The notes below the pieces were generated by a model. The model saw nothing but the letters and a program-made list of their open reading frames with translations, searched no databases and had not been told where the DNA came from. Position numbers and translations under genes: made by a program. A stretch of DNA of 63,525 nt, the filler included, from Reticulomyxa filosa (taxonomy: Eukaryota; Protista; Foraminifera): assembly GCA_000512085.1 (NCBI GenBank). It is 17 parts of 17 records of this genome, joined end to end, with 100 filler letters (N's around TTAATTAATTAA, not from the genome) between each part and the next. Parts side by side here need not be neighbours in the genome. Positions count along the whole stretch, not along the records: positions 40,074 to 56,835 come from ASPP01006943.1; positions 56,936 to 58,136 come from ASPP01026722.1; positions 58,237 to 62,066 come from ASPP01011967.1; positions 62,167 to 63,525 come from ASPP01000084.1; 13 more parts are not named here. One strand, given 5' to 3'. Shown one piece after another: positions 50,225 through 63,525 of the stretch (position 1 is the stretch's first letter; each line of letters starts with the position of its first letter).

Positions 50225-52574
50225 ACACGTTAATAATAATTGTAATGGCTGATATAGATAAGCAACATACCCACCGTAGCAGTGGGACTTTTGATAAAAA
50301 AGATTTAATGAATGAAGATGATGCAAAGCTTATCATAATGCATGAGTACTTTAGACAAGGATTTCTTTACCGCTTTCGCAATGCATTGAGCGTATTTTTA
50401 TTTGCAAGTCAAATCGTGACGGACATATTACTGGCGATCCAGTTTTATGAAGATCAGCATACAAAATTTAGCATGAGTATAGTAATGATTGAGGTGTCGA
50501 TGCAGTTGTTCACATGGTGGTGTACAGTAAAACCGGTAGTTTCATTTTACCAAGTGAAAGATCGATCCAAAGAATTTTTATTTCACTCTCGAGACCTGAA
50601 AGGAAATAAAGCATTGGATACGGAGAAAGACGACAAGTTTAAAACACAAAACAAAGGACAAATGAAACAAGCAAGACAACAAAACAAACAAATAAAAAAG
50701 GGCATGGTATTGCACAACGTCAAGAGATATCCGTTTGAAGCTACGATTGGACACAACATTGAACCGCATTCAAGGCTTTCTGTTTGCAGGAAGAACAGGG
50801 GCGTTGCTGGTAGTATTGTTGATACTATTGTATTGCCACAACTACGAAACGATCTCGTCATTGCAGACGTACACAAAGTCGGTGTACTACATATCATTGG
50901 TGGTAAGTCTGTGCAACTTTCTGTATCACTTGTATTTGAGTGTGGACTTTCAATATTTCATGGAAATGGGAAATGTGTACCATTTGGGATGGAGTGATCT
51001 CTTTAAATACCTGATGGTATTTGGCGCATTTGTGGTGAGTACCAATGCGCGTGTTGAGGGCGGTGACGCTTTTTGGCTGTCTGTTTATTTCGTTATTATG
51101 CTGTTGGAAGAAGCGTGTGTCTATCAAATGATCGGCAAATTCGGAACCTCGAATGTCATATCCCAATTGAGTATGTTTTTAGTCTTTTGGGCCGTGTGCA
51201 TGTGCATATTTATTATTCAGCTGGGTCTAAGCAAGACGTCCCATGACGTCGCGCTGGTGCTGTTTGCCATGTGCGGCTTGCCGAGCTTTACCCTTTTGAG
51301 CAGACTCATTTCCACTATCAATCGATCTGCATTACAAAGTCTGCAAGGCAACATGACCGAAAAAGAGCTCTTCTTCTATGGATGGATTCTGTCCAGCGAA
51401 ACCGGTTTGTTTTGTGGTTGGAAGCATTCCCCCCTTTCCCTTCCTTCACAAAAATATCTTTTAGAGTATACGTTGTTCTGTGTACGTATGTTTGGCTTTT
51501 CAAAAAAAGGTAAATCCACAGCGCGTGGTCATCACACGTATGAAGACTTTCGTCACAAAATTTTAGCAATCAACACGCTCATTGTGGACCTGTCTCCTGA
51601 CGAAAATGAGTTGATGGCCAAACTCCACACGCGGGCATTTGATAAGGTGTTTCACTTAACTAAGCTACTCGCATTCACAGAAGCAAAGTCCTTTTGGAAG
51701 CATAGACCACTCTACTTGCGAGCACTTGCCGCTTGGTGGCACAAGATGCCAATGGCAGAGCAAGGGAAGAAAGAGCTCGCTTTTCATGTTGTCATGTTCA
51801 TTGTTTGTATGCTATTGCGAGTCGCGTCGTTCATTGCCCCTTTGACCACCTATTGGTTTGTTCAAGAATGGAACCCTTTTCTTCATGTTATTGCTTTTGC
51901 TTTCCATGCTTGTGTATATATCACAAAAGGGGAAAGGCTTACATATTTTTTTGGAATGGAAACTGCCATATACTAATGTGCAGTAGAGAGGGCGGCAAAA
52001 AAAAAAAAAATAGGCCTGTGCTATATGCTATGTGGTTTCAACTGCAGTGGCTTTGATTTTATATGTACGATATGCATATTTCGTGTTTGCACTTTGGCAT
52101 ATAATGGATCATTCAGGAACAGAATTAACCTTATTTGCTTTGTGCAACATTTTGGAAACGATAAAAGCGCAAGAAAAAATGGACAGTGTGACTGACCCAT
52201 CCACTCGTGACAGTCTCCATAGCAATACCAAATGGCCAAAAGCTCAGCCTACCGAATCACTGGCAAACACCGTTTACGGTAATACTGTGGAAGATGCGGA
52301 GGACGAAATGGAATCGATTGTAAATGCATTTACTGAGAAAGTAGATGAGGATGAAGAGGAAGAGGAAAAAGAAAAGGAAAAAGAAAGAATTGAAGCGTTA
52401 GATTTGCAGATTACAGATGACATCCCACAATCAAAATCTGCAAATGAAAATAAGGATGACATCAACAAACACGATCAAAATACCTTGCCATCAAGCATAA
52501 ATAATGAAGATGGCACTACTTCCCTTGAAATGGCCATTGTGAGTGAAATTCCAATGCTCAAGGCAGAAACATAA
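50225..52574 (+). CDS. Multi-pass membrane protein with an acidic C-terminal tail (weakly XK-related-like N-terminus)
   Basis: Three long ORFs with many hydrophobic helices; motif QIVTDILLAIQFY. Splice sites are approximate. Confidence 0.65.
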
Positions 52575-52988
52575 ACTTTTTTCACGATTGCAAATCAATT
52601 TTTTTTATGTGTTTATTTGTTTGTTCACAGAACTTGTTAAGCTGTTCTTTTTGTTGCCCCCCGTTTTTCATTTTTTTGATTGTTTTCTAAAAACAATCAA
52701 TAAAAATACATTTGTACGTTAGTTTATCGTATATGTTTGGGCTCTCAAAATATCAAAAACGAGGTTGTGTAAATCGGTATTTATCCAACTCAACTAGTTC
52801 TGTCTTTTGCTTTCTTTTATGTCCTGACAAAAATATAAACATATAACAACGTTTTGTATTTCTAATTGGTTCAGTATTTAATATTTAAATAAATTGCATC
52901 AAGCAAATAAGACCTTTCCCAAATACGTAAAGGACGTCGCTCTGTTCGATCGAATCATTTTGTTTTAAAATAGATATCGCCTTCTCCG

Positions 52989-53859
52989 ATGGTCAAAATC
53001 TTTACAAACACTCATATTTTCAAATTTCCTTGGGAAAGGTATATTTATTGGTTATCTACGTCTTGATTTCTGCCCTTCAACAAAAAAGAAAAGTTGGATT
53101 GAAAAACGGAAAAACATAACAAAATTCGTCAGTGTCACAAATGTATGGTGGCAAAAATATCCCAATCCTCATTCGTTGCAAGTGGAAACGGCTGATACAA
53201 TTGATCGTTCACTGGACAAATCGACAGGAGAATTAATAACTCGTCGATTAATAGCAGCGTCTTTAGTACCTCCGTCGTGGATGCAATCTTTGGGGTTTCC
53301 TTCGTATTGTTATGTTTTGGAAGAAGCAAGAGTAAATCCCAAGACAAAAGAAATGGTATTAAGATCTGTCAATGTCACAGGAAATTCTTTATTGCAAATC
53401 CGAGAAACGTGTCGATACACGCCTTGTGAAAAAAACCCAAACGAATGGTGAGTTGTGTATGTTATACAAAAAAAAATATGTATACTAAAGTTCATTGAAA
53501 AGAATTTTTTGCGCGACCCCAAAAAAAAGTCTGTTTTGTGACATTAGTTTATTTGATCATTTGATTTTAGTTACACAATAACATGTTGAAATATATAGCA
53601 ACACACACAAAATAGGACAAGTTATCAGCAAACAGCCGAAATAATATCTGGAATACCTTTGTTTAGCACTCCTATCGAAGGTTTTAGTTTCAGTGTGCAT
53701 TCTTCAAATGCTGTTAAAGGTTTAATTGCCATGGAAGAGTTATGCGAAAGATGGGCTAAAGAAGGGATGGAAGGTTTTCAAAAACGACTTTGCAATAGAC
53801 TAGATATGGTCTTGCTGATGGATAATATACATGACATACGAAAACAGCGTAAATCGTAG
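52989..53859 (+). CDS. PRELI/Ups/MSF1 mitochondrial lipid-transfer protein
   Basis: MVKIFTNTHIFKFPWE|SVTNVWWQKYPNPHS-V-DTIDR-G-LITRRLI, YVLEEARVNPK-EMVLRSVN and E-CRYTP. Confidence 0.9.
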
Positions 53860-54395
53860 CTTTTCTTTCACTTTGGTGACATCGGAGATTACAGTAGCTT
53901 TTTTCTATTTTATCACTCACATAATGTATGTTGTCGGTGTATGTGTGTATTGGTTGTTTTTTCCATTGGCTTATTCTTGATCTATGACTTTTCTCGCTAA
54001 ATGATTATGACCCAACAAAGATATTTCTCCGCAATCACTTTCTTCGGTTCTGTGAGTATTTCAAAAAAATTGGTCGTAAACTGCTATATAGTTTCGTACT
54101 CAAACAGATTTCTTATTAATGAACCATTTATCATTACGAGATGTCGTCGTATCTGAGAAATTTAAAATATGAACATCTTTGTAGTAATATCATTAAATTA
54201 AAAGACTTATCAAAATTTTTCGATTTTAGTAAGGAGCAGTTATTTGTATTAAAGTTATTTTTAAAAGAAAAAGTTTTTCAAAAGCAAAATCTCAGGATGC
54301 TGTTATGTTTTTGTTAGACAATAAAATGTATTAGAATGGAATGAAAAATTTGACCTTTTTCGAAGGAAGAGTAAAATTTTCTTAGTGTGAAAATA

Positions 54396-55062
54396 ATGTC
54401 TCGGCTGGTTTGTTCATTGTTGGCAAAATCCCGGTCTAATCCATTTGCACCGAATAATCCTTTGTTCCATGGGGCTAATTGTGCAGCTCCGGTCTTCCGA
54501 CAGTACCGTTTTTTCTCGAAGAAAAGGGACGAAGAGGCTTACGAAAATGTAGACACAGAAGCACCAACCAACAGAAGACAACAATCGCGTGGCGGCAATC
54601 CAAATCGCAACTCAAACAGAAGAACTAGCGACAATGACTTTTCTGGTTATGTAAGGACACAACATTCTCGAGAAAAATCGCAATTCAGTTATTTTCGTTA
54701 AAGAATGAGAGGTGAAGAAAAAACTTCTAGATGATAATGACTTTTGTTGCCATTGGGCAACAGATGATGACAAAATTCAGATTAAGACGCGAGTATGTAT
54801 TCGAAATGTTAGCTTCAATGCAACGCATAACGAAATTAATGATTTCTTGAACGCACAATTCGACGAAATGGCCATACGTTCTAAAATCAAGGGAACTAAT
54901 CTGATCAGCGGTCCTGATGGTAAGTTCAAAGGGCTTGTCTTTGTTGACTGCCAAGATGAGCAAATAGCTCAGCAATTGGTTAATAATTTGAATAAAAAGC
55001 TGTATTTTAACCGTCCTCTCTACGTGGATTTTGCGCATGAAAAACCTAAATTCAAGGGTTAA
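54396..55062 (+). CDS. RRM protein with a mitochondrial-type presequence
   Basis: MSRLVCSLLAKSR...RQYRFFS presequence; RRM RVCIRNVSF...FKGLVFVD...FNRPLYVDFA. Confidence 0.7.
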
Positions 55063-56159
55063 AAAGCCTAAACTTAAACACAATTTCAGTCTTGAAATAT
55101 TCCATTTATTTGATGAAGGAGTGTATTGAAAAGGATTTGCTGATATATTACAAAGGTTATTTCGCCCTTGTTTTTGCTTTCTTTTGACATGTTTTATTTG
55201 GACTAATTTCGAAAACGACATTCTGCTCACAGTTGCTCTTGTTCGTCTTTTCACTAAATTTTTTGGATTTTAAAAAGAAAGCAAGTTTATAAGTGGGTGT
55301 AGGAGTAGTTTTCCACGATTAAAAGGATGAAAACTCTTACAAAAAGAACGTGCTAACAATTGCTGAACAAAGCAAGTTAATTGCATCATTTAGAATACAC
55401 GGTATTCAAAAAAGCAAACAAAAACAAAGAAGTAAAGGGATTTCGGCCGAACTTATTTGCAATATTTTTAGCAAAACAAAAAGTTTGTGTCCGGTATTTT
55501 GCATATTGCGATTTGTTATTTTTGTGTGCTATATGTCATCGACCTTTACTCACAAAATCTATTTTCACAATATTGTATTTTTTACGTACATTGAATACAT
55601 CCAAGTTTTGCACCAAATATTTTAGTTTCATTTTTTTGATGTTTAAGTTGTGTACGCTCACTGCATCACGAAAACCATTGTAATATTAATACTTCATTAA
55701 GAAATGGTCAATAATTTTGGATGCATTGTACATAAATCATGACTTGGAGAATTGCCACAATTAATTGCATGTACTCAATGATTTCATAAAGCTTTACTGT
55801 TACTATTGCAGGGACAAAAGTGCTGACACTAAAATGGCACATTATAAAAATGATTACAGTAACCTAATAAATAAATAAATATTTTTACGTTGGAAGGGCG
55901 TGTCCGTTTTAATCATTCACATCTCACTGAATTTTAGCATCAACATATATCCCCAATGCAAACAAAAGCAAGTTAAAAGTACATGGATCAAAATAAGTAA
56001 TGGCACTAAAATAAAAAAATGTAAAGTTACAATAGTTTCACAAAAAAGTAGTCACACAAAATTTGTAATAAAACTTGTCAAAAAATTTAATAATTAAATT
56101 ATTTAAATTATACTTACAGTTGCCAACGAACTTTGCAAGTTCCTTGATAACTTTCAATG

Positions 56160-56835
56160 TATTTGGTTATGAATCGTGTTGGGTGGAAATTTCATGTACT
56201 GATCAAAAGAAACCGTTATTATTCTGCAGTTTATATCGAAATTTGTAGTGTAAAACATTCAACTTTCAACCATTCGAACAAAAATTACAATTTGCTATGA
56301 CTGAATACATTGTCATTGGAGGAGATTGGAATGTACATAATCACGCATGGTTGGACCAGAATACTGACGATGTGGGTGAGTGTATTCTCGATTTCATTAC
56401 ATACAATGGATTACATATTATCAATATATTGCCATTTGATTGTACATTCATGAAAGATAATGCGACATCAAGCATAGATATCACATTATGATCATCATCT
56501 ATTCTTCCATTAATTAAGCAGTTGAATTTTGGACCAAATGTTGTTGATGCTGGAGACGCAACCATTGGTATTCGAACTATTTGGAAAGATAATAAACCTT
56601 GGTGGAGTGATAGTTTATGTCGATTACGAAAGATAGTTCAGAAATCAAAGAACAGATTTCGTAAACAAAGGACACCAAGGAATTTGATTATGTATAAGAA
56701 AATTGCCAAGCAATTACAACGGAAATTGTTATTAGAAAAGCATCAGCACATGGTAAAAAGCATTGACTCATTGCATGAAGGAAATACAAATAACTTATTC
56801 ACGCAATTTAAGGCATTGAACACCAATAAAATATG
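56160..56835 (+). mobile_element. Non-LTR retrotransposon (LINE) ORF2 remnant: APE endonuclease and KPWW linker
   Basis: ESCWVEI, LFCSLYRN, IVIGGDWNVHNHAW, G-ILDF-NGLHIIN, TF-SSIDITL and KPWW. Contains stops and an internal deletion; cut by the contig end. Confidence 0.85.
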
Positions 56836-58236
56836 NNNNNNNNNNNNNNNNNNNNNNNNNNNNNNNNNNNNNNNNNNNNTTAATTAATTAANNNNNNNNN
56901 NNNNNNNNNNNNNNNNNNNNNNNNNNNNNNNNNNNATTGTCATTTCTTTTCTTTGTTTTCATGCGTCGTCAAACAAAAAAAGGAAAAAGTTCCTTTTTAA
57001 AAACTGTTATCAATTTTTTGATAAATTGTGAATTTTATTTAAATGCAAAAACATGATTTCGATTGTTAAATATTAGTATTGATTATATGAAATACCAAAA
57101 TTTGCATGATTGATATTTTTCACTTCATCCAACTGAGGAACAGTTTTCTTTGATTCAATTACAAACGAAAAACGACAATGAGAGTTCTAGTATTTTTAGA
57201 TTGGAATCACTATGTGAGATAACAAAAAAAAATCTAGATCCTTTCTTCTATTCAATATATATATATTTTTTTGGACAAACTGATAAAGGAGTTCAACGAT
57301 TTTTTTAACAATTACAAAAATACGATTGATGTATCAAAACATTTTTTGATTAAAACTGGAACATAAATGTTGCTTTAATTCAACTTTTTTGGTTATATTT
57401 ATCAAAAAAACTATTTTAAGCAGGCTTAATTAGAAATCTGCACATTAGAACAGTGTATTGCAAACACTTTAACTTGATCAATAGCAGCCCTACTGTTTTC
57501 TTTGAACAGAACTTAGTTGTGAGATGTCAACTAGTAAACAAAGAAAACATATCATTTTCTATGTTATCACCTAACAAGTACTTTTCCAAAGACGATGTAT
57601 TTTTTTGTTCAAGTCACGTCCATCATCGATGGAAAGTACTGACAATCGCTGCTTAAGAGAAAAACAATAATTCGCATCAAATGACTATGCAGAGTCAAGA
57701 GAAAGTATTGTTCAATTACTCCATTTTTCACTTAATTATCAAAATTATTTGCGTATTCGTATGTATATTCTTTATTAATTAATTAAATGATTTTTTATTA
57801 ATGTAAAATCACTTATGATTGGATTGCAATCCTTGAAAATCTTGTTACTTTTTCGTTGTTACAATGTATAGACACTTCTTCCTTGTTAAAGTACGTCTCC
57901 TTTATCGATAGTAATCAGTTTAGACTCTCGTTTGAAATTGGCTTCGTCCAACAAATAAACTTCTTATTGTGTTTACAATACAAGTTTTTCATTTCAATAC
58001 TAAGTTAAAATAATTCATACTTTGATGCTTTTGAAACAAAGTTTTTATGGGAAATATGTTTAGAATTTGTCCTGTATCAGCGTGCATGCTGGTCATTTTT
58101 CACGTTTGTACGAACACGAGTGTATAATTTACATAANNNNNNNNNNNNNNNNNNNNNNNNNNNNNNNNNNNNNNNNNNNNTTAATTAATTAANNNNNNNN
58201 NNNNNNNNNNNNNNNNNNNNNNNNNNNNNNNNNNNN

Positions 58237-59568
58237 TATATTTATGTAATTCAATGAAAACAAACCCAAAGAATCTTTCAAAATATGAGTAAGTTTGCTG
58301 TCTCTGTAAGGAACGTGCCCTTTTCCATCTGCCAAAGCAAAGATGACTCTTCCCAACACGGACAAGGACGAATTGATTTTTTTGGCCTCTTCCAATCTTT
58401 CCCCTGTGGCATTGGTTTTGCCTACTTTTTCACTCCCCGCCAAGTCTGCGAAATTCACCGTGCCAATTCTGCATGAGCCGTCTTCCATCTGCAAGTGACA
58501 AAACAAGTACGTACACTCGTGTCATGATGAGAAGGGGAGGGGTTTTATTACAAAGCCCTTCTCGTCGCACTTTGCGATGCTCGGATTCAAAAGAGACGTT
58601 GTTTGAGCATAACTCTCATGGTAACGGTCATCGTCATAAGCATATGACTACGCGAGCTGGTTGCATTCATGTTCGTCTCCGCTCGGGTTCGATACGTAGC
58701 TGCCGAATCAATCAAATTTAATACGTCCAGCAAGTTGGATACTCTTGTCTCTGTTACATTGTGTTATTACCATGTTGTACATCATTCATTACTCATCAAA
58801 CGACAAATTACGCACCCATTTTTTTTTTTTTTTTAGAAAAGATATAGGCATTATGTGGATTCATTTATACATACATGTATATGTATATATAAACATATAA
58901 ACATATACATAAACATAAGTATACGTACCTGTCAAACCAGCGACTCTGGTGTCGCCGTTTGGAAGAAGCCGAATCTTCAAATCTGTTTGAGATGGGTCCA
59001 ACAAATCTTTCAAACGCTCTTTGTAAATTTCAAGAAAAGAAACCTTGTATTTCGCATCCACGACGCTACTTGCTTCCTCGATTTCACTAAATATATACGA
59101 AATGCAGCGTGGAATTAATCCCATTTGCACTGCATTGCTCGGATCGTCCTCCGGTCCAAGCATTGTAAAGGTTTTGCCACTTTTTGTTTATTTTAATTTT
59201 TTTTATTTTTTTTTTTTATCTTTTTATACATGTTATGTATACGTACTTTTTTTTTTTTTTGTTTACCTGCCCGTCTGGCCATATGCGAAAACCGTGCAGT
59301 TGTATCCTTCCATGACATGATCACATAGTGACTCACCAACGCCTTGAAACACTTTCTCTTGTGTTGCTTCTGATGGTATTACATTGTCAAACGTAAAATG
59401 AAAGGGTTCACCATCTCCCTTCCCTTGTATTTCAATAGTGCCGTGGTCTTCTTCTTGTTGCATTTTTATTGGCACGTCTTCCAGTTTTTGCTTTTTTTGC
59501 TCTTTTAATTCTCGCTCATTGAAAGGTCTGAAACGAATTACCACGCGAATACTCTCTTTTGTGCTCAT
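58237..59568 (-). CDS. Kinesin motor domain (kinesin-1-like), 3' truncated
   Basis: [28 protein letters not shown]|[39 protein letters not shown] and [18 protein letters not shown]. Confidence 0.95.
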
Positions 59569-60868
59569 TTCTCCCTAGATCAATTCAACCAACTGCAACA
59601 AAAGGCACTATTATATTTAGATTTTTTTCTAGGGACACTGATACGCTGACTCCTGCAAGGAACTAGTGACGCAAGCTGCAAAAAAGACACTTAAAGGTAA
59701 GAAACGGCAAAAAACAATTTGACAATATCGGAAAAAAAAGGCAAATTTCAATAATATTTGCATAGATAGGAAATCTTTAAATCGAGCTAAAAATACAGGC
59801 TGCCTTTCATATTGCAAAAAAAAAAAAATGAGTAAGCCAGTCAGACTAATACAATTTCTAACCGGTATTGTTTTATCACTAACAGCAAATACAGATTCAC
59901 AAATTTGTGGATTATCATGGCAAATTTTTTAATAAAAAACTACATGTCTTATTCAACCAAAAGTAATTGGATTCAGAAATAGAGTAAGCACGAGCAAAAC
60001 AATCAGATTTGGGAAAAAGTATTGTACTTGCTAACTTATCACAATTCTTATCAAAAGACAAATTCAAATATTGCTGATTATTCCAACTATGATGTAGTCT
60101 GTTGTTTTTTGTTTTTTTTTATTATGATATTTTTTGTTATCTTTTGATTATTTTTTTATAGTTTGTTGTAATTTTAAGGACATTTCTTTTTTTGCAATTT
60201 TTTAGCTGTTTGTGTTACATTTTTTTTTATAGCATAATTTTTTTTTTTACTTGTGTTATTAGTTTTTATTTACTTAAATTCTTTCATATTTGTGATTTAA
60301 GTTGACAATGTCACTGCATATGAGTGTCAGTTCTCAAATACAACACAAGTTTCATTTATTGTAAAACTTTTGTTTTTTTTAGGATTTAAATTATTTTTTA
60401 TAAACTTTTCACTGGCTATGGTTGTGATATCTGCTTTTGTATAATGTAAATCAAACCGTATGAGTTATAATTAATTCTGAGCCTCATCAATCTCCTTCCG
60501 TTTTGGAACTGTTAATTTTTATTATTTAAATAACGACATTTTTGAAACTCTTCGGACTCTAGTACTTTCTATATTCGTACCCTTTGTTATTTGTTTTCTT
60601 TCTGTGTTGTATACAGACTATGACGATGTTGCGGACTTTCTTGCAAGCTTGTATCTTCGGCTTCTTATATTTCTAAAAAAATGATATCAACTATTTAAAA
60701 AGTAAGTACACTAAATTTTTTGATCCTTGTTGAGAAAGTGCTTTAACTGACAGTGATTGAGCGTGTCAGTGAGTTTGTGAAAGGAGTTTTTGTGAAAGTT
60801 AGAGCGAAAAAAAACTTAATTTGAAGATAAATCCACCAAATTTTGGTATTTCTTCTTTGTCCGAAATA

Positions 60869-62066
60869 ATGTCTCAAGCACCTGCAACAGCATCGAATGC
60901 AATCCGACAAGTTCCATATGAATATTATACACCTCGTTTGTTACCCCCGGTCGTGTTTAGTGACGATGAAAGGGAGCCTGGTGAAAAGGAAACGTCGCAA
61001 GTAGATTCCAGTGATACAAAGCAAGAGATAAAAGAAGAAAAGGCGAGCGAAGAAGACAACAGTGGATTGGAGGAGAGAATTAAAGCGCAAAAAAGGGCAT
61101 ATGAGCAAAGAAAACAAGAAACACAAAACATGCGTCTAAAGCCCAAAAAAAAAGATCCAAGCAATGGAGAGTTGACACCGATATTTCGCTTAGTTCACGC
61201 CATTGTTCGTCGAGAGCATGATATATTTGATGACTTGATCAATCGTATTGACATCAATGAAAAGGGTCAAATGGGATGGTCCCGTACGTGTTTTTTGTTT
61301 TTTGCCATTTCATTGCATTTTGAAGCAAAAAGGGTCAAACAGAAATAACACTTGCATTTTTTTTTTTTTTTCTTCCCCCCTTCCTTCGCCCTTTGAACAT
61401 AGCATTAATGTGGGCGGTTTATAAGAACCGAGTTGAATTTGTTCGCAAAATTTTGGTGCGAAATCCAGACATGTCGCCCCGCGACAAGAATCAGAGAACG
61501 GTGTTGTTGATCGCATGCGAGAATGCGTATGTTCGATTGGAAAGTATACGCCTGTTGCTCGACCATATAGATTCAAAGGAGGCATTAAATGTCCAAGACA
61601 AGACTGGTGCTACTGCTTTGTTTAAAGTTTCTCACAAAGGTTGGATGCATGTGTGTATGTACGTATACATGTATATATTAAACAAAACAATGGAAGGGAA
61701 AAAGAAATAGAGGTTTATCCTCCAAGGGAGGAAAATAAAAAAAATTATTTGAAGTCTAAAAAAAAAAAAATTAAAAAAAAAAAAAATGGTGCATGAAATA
61801 AATAAGGCATATTCGAGGTGATGGAGAACTTGCTCCAAAAAGGTGCAGATCCGAATATTTGCAATGACGAAGGGATATCACCATTTATGATCGCATGCAA
61901 AGGTGGCCACCTGAAAGCCGTGCAATGCTTGCTTGCTCCGAGGTTTAGTGAGGATAAATACAACCCATACAACGTTGACATCACGTTGAGAGATCATAAG
62001 CGTGGACGTGATGCTTGTGCGCTTTCACTTATTTGTCTATTTTTTTTAATTTTTTTTTTTTTTTTT
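60869..62066 (+). CDS. Ankyrin-repeat protein, 3' truncated
   Basis: ALMWAVYKNRVEFVRKIL, DKNQRTVLLIAC, DKTGATAL and GADPNICNDEGISPFMIACKGGHLKAVQCLL. Confidence 0.88.
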
Positions 62067-63233
62067 NNNNNNNNNNNNNNNNNNNNNNNNNNNNNNNNNN
62101 NNNNNNNNNNTTAATTAATTAANNNNNNNNNNNNNNNNNNNNNNNNNNNNNNNNNNNNNNNNNNNNGAAGTCTCTTTTTTTTTTTTTTTTTGTCGTTGGG
62201 ATAAAATAACTTTTAACATTGTTTCAGTTTCTATAAAAAAGATAACAATCATTGGTCTAGTTATCATTTTTAAACTTTTTAAGCATTTTACTCCATATAA
62301 ATCTTCATTGTTGGTTTTTGTCTACGTTGCTACGTTATGTCTTTTATCATTATGGCGATCACTTTTATTATGGGTAATCTTTGTATTTGGGAGTTTGAGT
62401 TCTTTATATATTGGTGGTTTAATTGAAAAAGAAGCACGCTTTAAAATTAGATGAAGAAGAAGAAGAAAGAATAATCATGGGCTCAGATCAACAGTATGAA
62501 ACGGTTATATGAGCAAATCAATGTCTCAATCATATGCACAAATATTTTGTTGACATTTACAATCAGCAGTTGGGATCAAGTTGAGTATATTACAAAAAAA
62601 ATAAATAAATGTTCACAATCCGAAAAGTCGCTTTTTTTTTTAAAAAAAAGTTTTTGAGAGAAAGAGGTGTGAGAAAAAAAACTTAACAAAAAAAAAGAAA
62701 TTAATGCAAGGATTGCAGAAACGCTAAAAAAAAGTTAGAGCAATATATTAAAAAAAGCATTGTATATGGAAATAAAATATTGGTTTGAAAGCACTAGTGA
62801 TAACCGAGATACGATTTGTGAAGAATTTGCATTGGGTGGAAGACAATGAAAAAAAGGTAAAGAAAAAGAAAGTACCGACACAAGAAACTCATCCTAAGTC
62901 GAACATGTTCGACGTGTTGACAGCCAAGTTTGGAACAATACATAGAGGATGATATAGGAAGCACTTTAGATGAATCAAAAACTCAACACACATCAATTGA
63001 CAAATCACCAGCTCCGCTTGAAGACGAAAAACGCATTGATGCGAATGCGATCACTACGCGTAAAAGAGAAAACACTGTTCTTGTCACTTCTATGAGAGAT
63101 ATGAAAGATATGAATTAGTGCGTATGCACGTGTGTATAACATAGAGAATGAGGGTTATAACTCTTCTTACTTTAATGATGTTGCACACACAATAGAGAAA
63201 TAACAATATATATATATATATATTAATTTATAG

Positions 63234-63525
63234 CTCAAAAGATCCTGCTTGCACAAAAGTAAAATCGGATCGTCCCAATGCATTATACTTAGATGCAGAA
63301 ATATGTTGGTTTATGGATGGTAATATGAATTGGAAAATTATTCATGAATGGAGTGGATTAAAAATAGAAGGATCTATTTATGATATTTACATTCGTGGAA
63401 AAATTCGTATTGGTTTACTTAATTGGATTGAATTAACATCAACATATAAAAAACAATTACATACTGATATTCCATTTGATCAAATCTCTTGGTCTCTTTT
63501 AACACCTTTACCAGAAATATCTTTT
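63234..63525 (+). CDS. Exon resembling an SMP (extended-synaptotagmin/TULIP) domain, truncated at the window end
   Basis: Stop-free frame LYLDAEICWFMDG...IEGSIYDIYIRGKIRIGL...PFDQISWSLLTPLPEISF after a TAG acceptor. Confidence 0.45.

Noticed and set aside
56936-58136. Possible gene or ncRNA in this contig
   Set aside because: It is AT-rich with only one short ORF and no recognisable motif or structure.

Overview
This is not a contiguous locus. It is 17 short contigs of an AT-rich, intron-rich eukaryotic nuclear genome joined by 16 artificial 100-bp spacers (N44-TTAATTAATTAA-N44), so adjacency across spacers means nothing. The standard genetic code and short GT-AG introns (mostly 55-130 nt) fit throughout. 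The expanded WD40, kelch-like and TPR families and the many pseudogenes resemble a foraminiferan such as Reticulomyxa filosa (inference). Recognisable genes: four WD40 genes plus a WD40 pseudogene, a cAR/GCR1-like GPCR, a WASP/SCAR-type VCA tail, a broken myosin head, two ankyrin proteins, a DENN protein, an atypical Hsp70, aspartyl aminopeptidase, an RS/RD protein, Rpb12, a prolyl 4-hydroxylase, a PTxx-repeat protein, a divergent F1-alpha-like gene, a TRAF-Zn/kelch protein, Nop12/RBM34, Rpt6, PRELI/Ups, a mitochondrial RRM protein, kinesin, an SMP-like exon and a LINE endonuclease remnant. Main highlights, mostly not evident from the ORF track: (1) a five-exon selenoprotein K-like gene ending CGGGS-UGA-G-UAG, with a structured 3' UTR; (2) a CHAT (caspase-like) protease fused to a Cys/His cluster and a degenerate STAND/NB-ARC ATPase, an NLR-like architecture with no sensor repeats; (3) a 99-nt phase-0 exon module shared by three WD40 paralogues; (4) a nuclear intron-containing ATP synthase alpha homologue that lacks the canonical P-loop; (5) a 221-bp solo LTR with an exact 4-bp TSD inside a TPR pseudogene; (6) a nested perfect inverted repeat. 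Homopolymer frameshifts, including one in the essential Rpt6, point to sequencing errors.
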